A DNA stretch of 64,000 nucleotides from Actinomycetes bacterium (GCA_021824095.1 JAKALQ010000001.1:2131-66130); one strand, 5' to 3'. Positions 7,794-16,984 are shown, counted from the stretch's first letter. Numbers and translations: made by a program. The notes: generated from the letters alone by a model not told the origin.

Positions 7794-9226
7794 ACGAGTT
7801 CCTCCATCGTGCGTGCGAGAGCATCGGCGTCATGGAGGATGCGCGCGACCAACGCGTCGTCCCACCCACCGAGATGGTGCAGCACATCAACCGCGGTGAG
7901 CCGGTTGCGCATCATGTGGCAGTTGCGCAGCGCCCACGCGGCAAGCTCGGGTGCGGTCGTCGGTTCAAGCGCGGTGAATGTGGAAGCAACGCCGGCGGCC
8001 TGCAATGCCCGCGCGATGGTGCGTGCCGGCTTCACCAGCGCCTGGAACTCAGCGCGACGTCCCGGCCACTCGCGCACGAATGCCGCCACCGCGGTGCGCT
8101 GCGCATCCCAGCGGTCAAGCTTCGCGGCGTAGTCAGGCCAGCACTCCTCCGCAAGGGCGTCGGACCCGCCGAGTCCCGCGAAGGCATGAAGCACGGCTGC
8201 CCGCTCCGCTTCACGATCGATCACAGGCGGCACGAATGCCTCACCGTGCAAGGCATCGAGCCTCGCGACGAGCTCGTCCCACACGAGCGACGCGACGACA
8301 CTCGCAACGCCCACCTGCGCACCATGGAGCCCGATGCTGCGATGGGCCGAGGCGTTCGCCATGTCGAGCATGTGGCTCACGAGGTGCTCGACACCGGACA
8401 GCAGTGCCGTCGAACCGGCGACGCCGGTAGCGACGCCGCGGATGTCGAGTGCCCGTACGAGCGCGGACGTCGACTCCGGGTCCGCCTCGGCGAGCCCGGG
8501 TGACCAGTCCTCGATGCCCTCGCCTACGGCGTGCAACAGCGCCACTGGCCCCCATGAGAAGCCGTCATCGAAGCCGAGGTCGCGCGCGAGCAGCCAGTCG
8601 GCTGGTGCGACGAACATGGAGTTGATCTCACCGAAGCCCGCTCGGTTCATCCGCGCCGGCGCCTCGGCGATGAGGACGGTGTCCGCGACGACGATGTCCG
8701 GCCAGCGCGAGGGCACGGTGCGCTTCACGCCGTTGCGGAGGATGACCGAGACGTCATCGGTGAAGCCGTCGACGGATGCCGCGGTCTGAACAGTGATGAC
8801 GGGCACGTTGCCGGCGCCGACGGACGCCATCTTCCCGATGTCGGAGATGGTGCCGCCGCCCATGGCGACGATGACATCGACCCCCCGCGCTGCAGCACTC
8901 GCCTGCGCGATGACGTCCTCCGATGCGTGCAACTCGGGGTACCCGTCATCGAGCACGAGCACCTCGACATCCGACTCCCGGGCGAGTAGCGCGGCAACGT
9001 AGTCCTTCGCCGGCACGCCCCTGCGCATGATCGGGGTGCGATCGACGACGAAGAGGAGTCGTGGGCGACGTCCCCCGATCCCCTGCATGAGGTCGCGCAC
9101 CTTCGCGGGGATATCCGGGAGCACGTTGGCACCCACGAGGATCTCGCGTGTCCCGCAGGGTTCCACGCGTTCCCCGGGGTGTGCAGCGATGACGCAGTTC
9201 ACGGCATCGATGAGGTTCTCGTTCAT
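7790..9226 (-). CDS. Iron-containing alcohol dehydrogenase family protein, glycerol-1-phosphate dehydrogenase (AraM)-like
   Basis: MGGGTISDIGK nucleotide-binding motif and His-rich metal region (VEHLVSHMLD...GLHGAQVG). I place the start at ATG 9226 (MNENLIDAVN), which overlaps the upstream stop (ATGA at 9223..9226). The track ORF's extra 77 N-terminal residues are Arg/Pro-rich and overlap the upstream gene. Confidence 0.78.
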   Translation of the reverse strand: MNENLIDAVNCVIAAHPGERVEPCGTREILVGANVLPDIPAKVRDLMQGIGGRRPRLLFVVDRTPIMRRGVPAKDYVAALLARESDVEVLVLDDGYPELHASEDVIAQASAAARGVDVIVAMGGGTISDIGKMASVGAGNVPVITVQTAASVDGFTDDVSVILRNGVKRTVPSRWPDIVVADTVLIAEAPARMNRAGFGEINSMFVAPADWLLARDLGFDDGFSWGPVALLHAVGEGIEDWSPGLAEADPESTSALVRALDIRGVATGVAGSTALLSGVEHLVSHMLDMANASAHRSIGLHGAQVGVASVVASLVWDELVARLDALHGEAFVPPVIDREAERAAVLHAFAGLGGSDALAEECWPDYAAKLDRWDAQRTAVAAFVREWPGRRAEFQALVKPARTIARALQAAGVASTFTALEPTTAPELAAWALRNCHMMRNRLTAVDVLHHLGGWDDALVARILHDADALARTMEELV

Positions 9227-9969
9227 TGCGATCCTGTCGGGTCGCCCTGGTCGTCCCAGGGATGGGTCTGGAAGTGCGCGTCGAGCACCTCGCGCAGTGC
9301 TGTGATGCAGGCGTCCGCCGTGGCGGCGGGGGAGACGTCGGTCGTCGGGAGCACCGACTGCGGGTCGAAGGGCAGGGCGAGGGCGCCGTACACATCCGTA
9401 AGGACGTCCCGCACTCGTTCGCCGTCGCCGCAGACGATGCCAGCGCCGAACATCCATCCACCGCGCACGATGCGCTGCGCCGTGCCGGCGATCTTGTGCT
9501 GGCCCGCAATGCCGAGGCTGTAGTCCCCCGGGCAGTACTCGTCGACGGCGGCACCCATCTCGGTGGCCACACCGACGTTCTGGAGGGCGTCGCGGATGAG
9601 GCCGGTGAGTGTCGTGAAGCGCTCCTGCGTGCCCGCATGCGGTTCCGCCTCTGACGCCGAGAACTCGATGCAGACAGACGCGGGGGTGTAGGCCACCGCA
9701 TGCCCGCCGGGTGCACGGAGCACCGGGAGGAAACCGTGACGCAACGCGGCGTCGACGGCCCTGTCGTACCCGGGGTTCACGCGGTCCCGCCCGCCGAAGG
9801 CGACGACGGGACGCGGTCGGTAGATGCGCACGAGCGGCAGTCCCCCGATCGCGGTGACCCTGCGGAGGTACGCCGGCCCCATCGCGAGGTCGCTCGTCCC
9901 GGTCTGCATGACGACCGACCAGCGGGCCCGAGGTGCCAAGTGGTCGGTCGTCGTGAGCGCCGGAGTCAC
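9223..9969 (-). CDS. Lipoate-protein ligase A family (BPL/LplA/LipB domain) protein
   Basis: LplA-type catalytic-domain pattern including the conserved lysine motif (HKIAGTAQR) and RAPGGHAV. The start is uncertain: GTG 9969 lies 5 nt after the E2 stop, and ATG 9909 is the alternative. Confidence 0.72.
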   Translation of the reverse strand: MTPALTTTDHLAPRARWSVVMQTGTSDLAMGPAYLRRVTAIGGLPLVRIYRPRPVVAFGGRDRVNPGYDRAVDAALRHGFLPVLRAPGGHAVAYTPASVCIEFSASEAEPHAGTQERFTTLTGLIRDALQNVGVATEMGAAVDEYCPGDYSLGIAGQHKIAGTAQRIVRGGWMFGAGIVCGDGERVRDVLTDVYGALALPFDPQSVLPTTDVSPAATADACITALREVLDAHFQTHPWDDQGDPTGSQ

Positions 9970-9973
9970 GTGG

Positions 9974-10642
9974 TCACCCGGTGATGGTGGCGGCAAGCTC
10001 GCGTCGCAGGGCGGCGAGGAATGCCGCACCGGCCGCACCGTCGACGGCACGGTGGTCGCAGGTGAGCGTGAAGGCCGCCATGGGGCGGATAGCGATGCTG
10101 TCCTCCACGACGGTCACCGTGGGCTTCGAGCTTCCGACGGCGAGGATGGCCACGGCCGGGGGATTCAGGATCGCCGCAAAGCGGTCGATGCCGAGCATGC
10201 CGAGGTTCGAGACCGTGAAGGTGGCCCCCTCATAGTCTGCCGTCGTGAGCGCGTTCGCTCGGGCGCGGACGACGATGTCACGACGACGCCCCGCAATGCC
10301 ATCGAGCGACAGCGCCTCGACACCATGGACGACGGGCACTGTGAGCCCCGCATCGGTCGCCACCGCGAGTGCGATGTTTACCTCCGGGAAGGCGGTGATG
10401 ACCTCGTCAGCGAAGTGCGCATTCAGCTCCGGCACCGCGATGAGCGCACGGGCACAGGCGGCGAGGATGAGGTCGGTCACCGTGACACCCGGGAGGGCCT
10501 TCGCATCCGCGATGGGCCGGGTCATGTCGACGTCGATGCTGAGCGAGAAGGCGGGAGCCGCCCATGCCTGCACCATGCGACGTGATGCGACGCGCCGAAT
10601 ACCCTTCAGGGGCGTGGCGGTTCCCTCGGACAGCACCGCCAT
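9974..10642 (-). CDS. 2-oxoacid/acetoin dehydrogenase E2 acyltransferase, catalytic domain only
   Basis: 222 aa starting at MAVLSEGTATPLKGIRR. Catalytic DHRxxDG motif (CDHRAVDGAAGAAFL) and SNLG motif are present. There is no lipoyl domain and no peripheral-subunit-binding domain. The start shares 1 nt with the upstream stop (TGATG at 10640..10644). Confidence 0.85.
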   Translation of the reverse strand: MAVLSEGTATPLKGIRRVASRRMVQAWAAPAFSLSIDVDMTRPIADAKALPGVTVTDLILAACARALIAVPELNAHFADEVITAFPEVNIALAVATDAGLTVPVVHGVEALSLDGIAGRRRDIVVRARANALTTADYEGATFTVSNLGMLGIDRFAAILNPPAVAILAVGSSKPTVTVVEDSIAIRPMAAFTLTCDHRAVDGAAGAAFLAALRRELAATITG

Positions 10643-11556
10643 CACCAGCCCCGATCCGCTGACACGGCCGCGACACGGACGTCGTCGGCGTGGCCGGCGC
10701 ACCCGTAGAGGCGCATCTTCTCGATGGTGGCCTCGACCATGAGCGCACGGCCCCGGGTCACCGCCACCTCGAACTGCCGATCGCCCTGCGCCCACGTCTC
10801 CTCGATGCCACGACGGAAGGCGAGCCGCAGGTCGGTATCGGCATTCAACTTGTGCACGCCGTGCTTCACTGCATCGGTGAGCTCCACATCCGGAACACCC
10901 GAGGCGCCGTGGAGGACGAGCGGGATGCCGACACGCTCCTTGATGTCACGGACGAGATCGATCGCGAGCGGCTGCGGCTCCATCGTCGGCACGCCGTGCA
11001 CGACACCCGCGGAGATCGCGAGGATGTCGATGCCGGTCTCGGCCGCGAAGCGCTCGGCCTCGTCCGGATCGGTGTAGTACGAACTCCAGTCGACGGCCTG
11101 GTCGGCATCCGGGATGCGGCCGAGCTCGGCCTCGACCATGACGCCGAAGTCGTGCGCGAGCTCGACGACCCGACGTGTCGTGCGGATGTTCTCCTCGAAC
11201 GGCAGGTGCGCGCCGTCGTACATAATCGAGGTGAAGCCGAGCTTGATGGCCTCGAGCACCTCATCGAAGGAACCGTGGTCCAGATGGATGACGTGCACGG
11301 CATCCGACTCCGCAGCGATGCGCTTCGTCATCTCGTACGCCTTGCGCAGACCGATGTGCGGGATGATCGCACGACCCACCTGGAGGAAGACCGGGGCGTT
11401 CGCCCGCTCAGCGGCGATGAGCAGCGCCTGCGTCGTCTCGTCGTTGTGCATGTTGAAGGCGCCGACCGCGTAGCCGCCAGCCTCTGCGGCGCGGACGATC
11501 GAGAGCGGGAGGTTCATGATGTCGTTTCCCCTTCGCAGGAACACTTCTGCGCTCAT
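10642..11556 (-). CDS. Class II (Zn-dependent) ketose/fructose/tagatose-bisphosphate aldolase family protein
   Basis: PF01116-like pattern: GYAVGAFN, HLDHG metal ligands, EAELG and LVLHGASG. The ATG at 11556 overlaps the upstream stop (ATGA at 11553..11556). The track ORF's 78 extra N-terminal residues were rejected. Confidence 0.85.
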   Translation of the reverse strand: MSAEVFLRRGNDIMNLPLSIVRAAEAGGYAVGAFNMHNDETTQALLIAAERANAPVFLQVGRAIIPHIGLRKAYEMTKRIAAESDAVHVIHLDHGSFDEVLEAIKLGFTSIMYDGAHLPFEENIRTTRRVVELAHDFGVMVEAELGRIPDADQAVDWSSYYTDPDEAERFAAETGIDILAISAGVVHGVPTMEPQPLAIDLVRDIKERVGIPLVLHGASGVPDVELTDAVKHGVHKLNADTDLRLAFRRGIEETWAQGDRQFEVAVTRGRALMVEATIEKMRLYGCAGHADDVRVAAVSADRGW

Positions 11557-13028
11557 GGGCGCACTACCTGAGTGAGCGCTCGCTGCCAGCCGGCATAGAG
11601 CGTTGCCCGCTCGTCCGCACCCATGTGGGGTTCGAACGTGCGGTCCACAGACCAGGTGGAGGCTGCGTCTGCGTGGTCCTTCCAGATGCCGGTCGCAATG
11701 CCGGCGATGTACGCGCACCCGAGGGCGGTGCGCTCGAGCTCCCGGGGCCGCACGACCTCGAGGTCGCCGATGTCCGCGAGGAACTGGCACAGCCAGTCAC
11801 TCTGCGCGCCACCGCCGTCGACCTTGAGCGAGGTGACGGAGAGGCTTCCGAGGTCGGGGATACGGAGGATGTCGACAGTCTGGTACACCATCGCTTCCAC
11901 CGCTGCACGGATGACGTGGGCCCGCGACGTCTCGAGGCTCATGCCGGTGAGCGCCGCGCGTGCATTGCGGTTCCAGTGCGGTGCGCACATGCCGCCGAAG
12001 GCCGGCACGATGTAGACCCCGCCCGTGCTCGCCACGCTGCTCGCGATGTCGTCGATGCGTGCACCACCGGCGCTGATGCCGAGTGACTCCTGCATCCAGC
12101 TGAGGGTCTGCCCGCTGTGGAAAACGACGCCCTCGCTCTCGTACGCGGTGGCGCCCTGCACAGTCCAGCCGACGCTCGCAGTGAGGCCGGGGACGAGCAT
12201 CGGTGTGGTGCCGGTGTTGAAGGTGAGGACGGCGGCGGTCCCGAAGGTGTTCTTCGCCGAGCCGGGCTCGAGACAGGCCTGCCCGAACATGCCGGCCTGC
12301 TGGTCCGCGATGACTGCTCGCACCGGGGGCTGATGCTCGATGAGGTCGGCCGCGACGCGACCGAAGTCGCCGTCACTCGGCAGCACAGTCGCGAAGATGG
12401 CCATCGGGATGTCGAGGCGGGCGCAGATCTCCTCGTCCCACGCGAGTGAGTCGAGGTTGAACAGTGCCGTGCGCGATGCACATGAGTGATCGGTCGCATG
12501 CATGGTGCCACCGGTGAGGTTCCACAGCACCCAGCTGTCGACGGTGCCCATGGCGATCTCCCCCGCCTCAGCGCGTGCCCGCAGCCCCGGCACCTCCTCG
12601 AGCAGCCACACGACCTTCGCGGCAGAGAAGAAGGAGTCATTGCGCAGGCCGGTGCGCTGCTCGAACATTGGTGCGAGGCCATCGTCCTCCCAGCGACGGA
12701 CGATGTCGTCGGTCTGCTGGGAGATCCAGACGACCGCGTCGTGCGCCGGAGCACCGGTGCGACGGTCCCACATGATGACGGTCTCGCGGTGACTCGTAAC
12801 ACCGACGGCGACGACATCCGCAGCGTCGACCTTCGCGACGGCCTCGGTGATCGCACTCCGCGTCGCGTCCCACAGCGCGATCGGGTCCATCTCGACCCAG
12901 TTCTGGCGCGGGTACTTCCAGGGGACGGATGCGCGACCGTCCGCGATGATGGTGCCCGCGGTGTCGACGAGCACCGCACGACAGCTGCTCGAGCCGGTGT
13001 CGATGGCGAGGATGAGATCGCGGCTCAT
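11553..13028 (-). CDS. Glycerol kinase family (FGGY) kinase
   Basis: GlpK-like motifs: LAIDTGSSSCRAVL, NWVEMDP, TSHRETV, VWISQQT, ADQQAGMFGQ and DGGGAQS. It diverges from canonical GlpK at several conserved positions. ATG 13028 overlaps the GlpD-like stop (ATGA at 13025..13028). Confidence 0.82.
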   Translation of the reverse strand: MSRDLILAIDTGSSSCRAVLVDTAGTIIADGRASVPWKYPRQNWVEMDPIALWDATRSAITEAVAKVDAADVVAVGVTSHRETVIMWDRRTGAPAHDAVVWISQQTDDIVRRWEDDGLAPMFEQRTGLRNDSFFSAAKVVWLLEEVPGLRARAEAGEIAMGTVDSWVLWNLTGGTMHATDHSCASRTALFNLDSLAWDEEICARLDIPMAIFATVLPSDGDFGRVAADLIEHQPPVRAVIADQQAGMFGQACLEPGSAKNTFGTAAVLTFNTGTTPMLVPGLTASVGWTVQGATAYESEGVVFHSGQTLSWMQESLGISAGGARIDDIASSVASTGGVYIVPAFGGMCAPHWNRNARAALTGMSLETSRAHVIRAAVEAMVYQTVDILRIPDLGSLSVTSLKVDGGGAQSDWLCQFLADIGDLEVVRPRELERTALGCAYIAGIATGIWKDHADAASTWSVDRTFEPHMGADERATLYAGWQRALTQVVRP

Positions 13029-14680
13029 CGCGCCGACCCCGGGGTTCCGGCGCCGAAGCTTGCCGATCGAGGACCACTGGGATCCGGGATGGCGAGGTGG
13101 TCGAGCCACTCGCGGTAGCCCTCGATCTCACGGCTGCGGCGCGCCTCGTCCCATCCGAGGAGGTCGGCCATGATGGCGATGACGTCATCTACGGCGGCGA
13201 GTCCGTGCTGCGGCTCAAAGGCGAGGAGGCTGCGTCGGGCCATAACGTCAGTGAGGGTGAGGGCGAACTCCGAGCGAACCGCGAAGGCGACCTCGGCCGC
13301 GATGGCACCGGCGCCCTCATCAATGACGCGGGCGAGATCCGGGGTCATGGTGACGAGGTTCCAGATGGCGAGCGCACGGCTGCCGTAGAGCGAGGACAGA
13401 CGCTCCGCGGTTCGCGCCCCGGCGCCCCCTGCAAGCAACCGCGTGCGCGTCTCTGCAACCGACGGACCAATGGCACCGGGGTAGGGACGACGACGGGTGA
13501 CGGTGCTGCGCCCTTCGCCACCGCGCATGCGCATCACCAGATCGACCGCATCCTCCGCGAGCTTGCGGAACGTGGTGAGCTTGCCGCCGACGACCGTGAT
13601 GAGACCCGGAAGGCCGTGTGCGGCATGGTCATGCAGGACATGGGTGCGGGGCACTTTCGACTCCGCCTTGTTCGGCACATACGGCAGGGGTCGCACGCCG
13701 CTGTACGTGTAGAGCACGTCGTCCAACGTGAGGTTCGCACCCGGGACGAGTGCGTTCACCTCGCCGAGGAGGTATTCGGCCTCACCGATGTCGCAGCGCG
13801 CATCATCGGGGTCACGCTCGAAGCGGATGTCCGTGGTGCCGAGCATGTAGCGGCCGAACCACGGGATGACGAGAACGAGTCGACCGTCGACGCGGGACTC
13901 GTAGTAGACGACGTCCGTCGGTGCACCCGGGAAGGGATCGACGATGAGGTGGCTGCCCTTCGTGCCGCCGTTGAGACGCGGCTGCGGACGGTCGGGCACC
14001 GTGAAGAGCCGGTCGATCCACGGCCCGGCCGCGTTCATGACGATGGGGGCGAGGACCTCTCCCTCCTCGCCGGTGAGGGTGTTCATGTAGCGCACGCCGA
14101 CGACATGACCGTCGCTAAGAATCGGGGCCGTGACCCGACTGTGGGTGCGCACGTCGGCGCCGTTGTCGATGGCATCGACCGTGAGCTCGACGCAGAGGCG
14201 TTCCGCGTACTCCACCTGACCGTCGTAGAAGACGACGGAGCCCTTGAGCCCTTCACCGGCGACGCCTGGGAATCGCTCGACGGTCCTGCGCCGCCCGAGG
14301 TAGCGGTGCCACGGCGCCGACTTCTTCAGGGAAAGCACGTCGAACAGGATCATGCCGAGCTCGACCATCCAGCCGGGACGCTGGTTGTGTCGAAACATCG
14401 GCATCATCCACGACACCGGCTTCACAAGATGCGGTGCGTCTCGGAACAGGCGCTCGCGTTCCGACAGCGACTCGTACACGAGCCCGAAGTCGAGGTGCTC
14501 CAGGTAGCGCAGGCCACCGTGCACGAGGCGTCCCGACCATGCGGAGACTCCCGCGCACACGTCCTCCTGCTCGAGGAGCACCACGGAGAGCCCACGCAGC
14601 GCGGCATCACGCGCGATGCCGATGCCATTGATGCCGGCGCCGACGACGATGAGGTCGACGTTCGTCTGCGGGGTTCCCAT
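13025..14680 (-). CDS. FAD-dependent glycerol-3-phosphate dehydrogenase family protein (GlpD/EryB-like)
   Basis: N-terminal FAD fold DLIVVGAGINGIGIARDAALRG, the GlpD-family HGGLRYLEH motif, and a C-terminal GlpD-type helical domain. Confidence 0.88.
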   Translation of the reverse strand: MGTPQTNVDLIVVGAGINGIGIARDAALRGLSVVLLEQEDVCAGVSAWSGRLVHGGLRYLEHLDFGLVYESLSERERLFRDAPHLVKPVSWMMPMFRHNQRPGWMVELGMILFDVLSLKKSAPWHRYLGRRRTVERFPGVAGEGLKGSVVFYDGQVEYAERLCVELTVDAIDNGADVRTHSRVTAPILSDGHVVGVRYMNTLTGEEGEVLAPIVMNAAGPWIDRLFTVPDRPQPRLNGGTKGSHLIVDPFPGAPTDVVYYESRVDGRLVLVIPWFGRYMLGTTDIRFERDPDDARCDIGEAEYLLGEVNALVPGANLTLDDVLYTYSGVRPLPYVPNKAESKVPRTHVLHDHAAHGLPGLITVVGGKLTTFRKLAEDAVDLVMRMRGGEGRSTVTRRRPYPGAIGPSVAETRTRLLAGGAGARTAERLSSLYGSRALAIWNLVTMTPDLARVIDEGAGAIAAEVAFAVRSEFALTLTDVMARRSLLAFEPQHGLAAVDDVIAIMADLLGWDEARRSREIEGYREWLDHLAIPDPSGPRSASFGAGTPGSAR

Positions 14681-14712
14681 GGTGCTCCTCCGATGTGTCT
14701 TCGTGTGGATGG

Positions 14713-14955
14713 TCAGTCGGCGGTCTCGATGATGGCGACGACGGTGCGCACCTCGACGGTGTCACCCGGCTGCGCCAAGATCTCAACGAGCGTGCCCGAC
14801 TCCGGAGCAAGCAGCTCCTCATCGACCTTCTCAGCGCTCACATCCGCGATGGGCTCGTCCTCCACAACCGTGTCACCGACGTTTTTCAACCAGGCGTTGA
14901 TGACACCCTCGCTCATGCCCATGCCCCATTGCGGGAGGAGGACTTCGACTCGCAT
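14713..14955 (-). CDS. Stand-alone lipoyl (biotinyl/lipoyl attachment) domain protein
   Basis: 80-aa ORF with the lipoyl-domain pattern (LPQWGMGMSEGVINAWLKNVGDTV...ADVSAEKVDEELLAPESGTL). The candidate lipoyl-lysine is K43. There is no linker, PSBD or catalytic domain. Confidence 0.8.
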   Translation of the reverse strand: MRVEVLLPQWGMGMSEGVINAWLKNVGDTVVEDEPIADVSAEKVDEELLAPESGTLVEILAQPGDTVEVRTVVAIIETAD

Positions 14956-14978
14956 TTCGTTTCCTTTCAGTCCGCCGC

Positions 14979-15995
14979 TTACGCGGCCGCTCCGGCCAGG
15001 CCGAGCATGGTTCGCACGGCGGCGGCGATGCCGTCGCGCTTGGGGTACATCTGCTTCTCCAGCGCTGGGCTGAAGGGGATCTGCATGTCCGGCGCGGTGA
15101 GGCGCACGATGGGCGCCTTGAGCGACGAGAAGGCGTGCTCAGCGACGAGCGCGGACACCTCGGCGGCCGCACCACAGGTGCGATGGGCCGGATCGACGAT
15201 GACGAGACGCCCGGTCTTCTCGACGGCCTTGATGATGCCGTCGACGTCGAGTGGCACCAGGGTGCGGGGGTCGAACACCTCCGCGGTCACACCCTCCGCG
15301 GCCAGTGCATCCGCGGCGGCAGTGGCCTCGATGACGCCGCCGGAGATGGCGACGATCGTGACGTCCGAACCTTCACGCAGAGTGCGTCCGACGCCGAGCG
15401 GGATGAAGTATTCGTCATCCTGCACCTCCTCCTTCATGCCCCACAGTGGGCAGGCCTCGAAGGAGAGCACCGGGTCATCGGAGTCGATGGCGCTGCGGAG
15501 CAGGCCCTTCGCATCCGACGGCGATGCAGGCGCGATGATCTTGAGGCCCGGCACGTTCATGAACATGGGATAGGGACGATCCGAGTGATGCGCACCTGTG
15601 TTGAGGCCGTAGAACATGGCCGAGCGGAACACCACCGGCATCGATGCCTGTCCGCCGAACATGTAGCGGTTCTTCGCCACCTGATTCACGAACTGGTCCA
15701 TGGCCATGTAGAGGAACGACGAGTACGAAAGGTCGACGATCGGCCGGAGGCCCGTCATCGCAGCGCCCGCAGCAGCGCCGACGATTGACTCCTCCGAGAT
15801 CGGGGTGTTTCGGATGCGGTTACGTCCGAAGGTCTGGAGGAAGTCGCCCTCTGCCGCACGGCTCTTGCCCGTGCCGCCGGTGGTGCCGTAGACGTTCGCT
15901 TCAACGTCCTCGCCGATGAGGACGACACGCTCATCCGCAGTGAGGGCCTCTCGCTGTGCAGCGCCGATCGCGCCGAGATAGGTCATGATGCTCAT
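14979..15995 (-). CDS. TPP-dependent dehydrogenase E1 component, beta subunit (AcoB/PdhB-like)
   Basis: 338 aa with transketolase-like pyrimidine-binding and C-terminal domains (GEDV..GGTGK, PISEESIVGAAAGAAMTGLRP). ATGA overlap with the E1 alpha stop at 15992..15995. Confidence 0.9.
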   Translation of the reverse strand: MSIMTYLGAIGAAQREALTADERVVLIGEDVEANVYGTTGGTGKSRAAEGDFLQTFGRNRIRNTPISEESIVGAAAGAAMTGLRPIVDLSYSSFLYMAMDQFVNQVAKNRYMFGGQASMPVVFRSAMFYGLNTGAHHSDRPYPMFMNVPGLKIIAPASPSDAKGLLRSAIDSDDPVLSFEACPLWGMKEEVQDDEYFIPLGVGRTLREGSDVTIVAISGGVIEATAAADALAAEGVTAEVFDPRTLVPLDVDGIIKAVEKTGRLVIVDPAHRTCGAAAEVSALVAEHAFSSLKAPIVRLTAPDMQIPFSPALEKQMYPKRDGIAAAVRTMLGLAGAAA

Positions 15996-16984
15996 CGGCC
16001 TGCTCCTGCCACTTCCGTGTAGAGGTCCTCGAAGGCAACAGAGGCATCCGGGTACGGGCTGCTGTCCGCGAATTGGTAGGCGGCCTCGACCTCGTCGAGC
16101 ACCTCATTGTCCAGCGCATCGAGTTCATCGGCAGTGGCCCATCCCTCGGCGATGAGCCACTCACGCATGATCGCGATCGGGTCACGCTGGAGCCACTGCT
16201 CCTTCTCGTCAGCATCGCGGTAATCGACACCGAGTTTGAGTCCTTCACTGTGCTCTCGGAAGCGGTACGTCATGACCTCAATGAGCGTCGGACCCTCACC
16301 GCGGCGGGCACGATCGACGGCGTCACGCACGGCTTCGTAGACCGCCAGCACGTTCTGGCCGTTCTCGACGCGGACTCCGGGGATCCCGAAGCCGGCGGCC
16401 CGATCGACGATGCGACCGGAGGTCACCGTGTGCGCCGGTGTCGAGAGCGCATAGTGATTGTTCTCGCATAGGAAGACGACGGGAAGCTTCCAGACGCCGG
16501 CCATGTTCATCGACTCATAGAGCGACCCCTGGTTCGCCGCACCGTCGCCGAAGAACGAGAGTACGACGCGATCATTGCCGAGCACCTTGGACGAGAGGCC
16601 TGCACCGAGAGCGATCGGGATGTTGCCCCCCACGATGCCGGACTCGCCGAGGCTGCCGAGTGAGAAGTCGGCGAGGTGCAGCGATCCGCCCTTGCCCTTG
16701 CAGATGCCCGTGGCCTTGCCGACGAGCTCCGCCATGAGTGGGCCGAGGGGGGACCCCTTGCCGATCGGGTGACCGTGGCTACGGTGGTTTCCCGTCATGT
16801 AGTCGGCGTCGCCGAGGGCCATGCAGGCACCGACAACCTGAGCCTCCTGGCCAATGCTCGTGTGCAGGGCACCGGGAATGAGGCCGCGCTTCAGCATCTT
16901 GGACGCGCGCTCGTCGAAGTAGCGGATGCGAAGCATGCGTCGCTGCATCTCGAGGAGCGTCTTCGTCTCGAGTTCGTTGGACAT
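15992..16984 (-). CDS. TPP-dependent dehydrogenase E1 component, alpha subunit (AcoA/PdhA-like)
   Basis: TPP-binding motif GDGAANQGSLYESMNMAGVWKLPVVFLCENN, plus HRSHGHPIGKG and GKATGICKGKGGSLH blocks. The start is taken at ATG 16984 (MSNELETKTL..). Confidence 0.9.
   Translation of the reverse strand: MSNELETKTLLEMQRRMLRIRYFDERASKMLKRGLIPGALHTSIGQEAQVVGACMALGDADYMTGNHRSHGHPIGKGSPLGPLMAELVGKATGICKGKGGSLHLADFSLGSLGESGIVGGNIPIALGAGLSSKVLGNDRVVLSFFGDGAANQGSLYESMNMAGVWKLPVVFLCENNHYALSTPAHTVTSGRIVDRAAGFGIPGVRVENGQNVLAVYEAVRDAVDRARRGEGPTLIEVMTYRFREHSEGLKLGVDYRDADEKEQWLQRDPIAIMREWLIAEGWATADELDALDNEVLDEVEAAYQFADSSPYPDASVAFEDLYTEVAGAGR

Noticed and set aside
9227-9457. N-terminal extensions of track ORFs: 7790..9457, 25622..27031 (extension 26534..27031), 44536..45528 (extension 45130..45528), 10642..11790, 9974..10795 and 11553..13109
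   Set aside because: The extensions are Arg/Pro-rich, overlap the upstream genes, and precede internal starts that coincide with ATGA or adjacent stop/start junctions and with the family-typical N-termini.
13097-15073. 658-aa plus-strand ORF. The 628-aa ORF at 21758..23644 and the 714-aa ORF at 52695..54839 are similar cases.
   Set aside because: Each is antisense to a gene with strong family motifs: the GlpD-like gene with the lipoyl protein gene, glpD, and hppA respectively. All are shadow ORFs.
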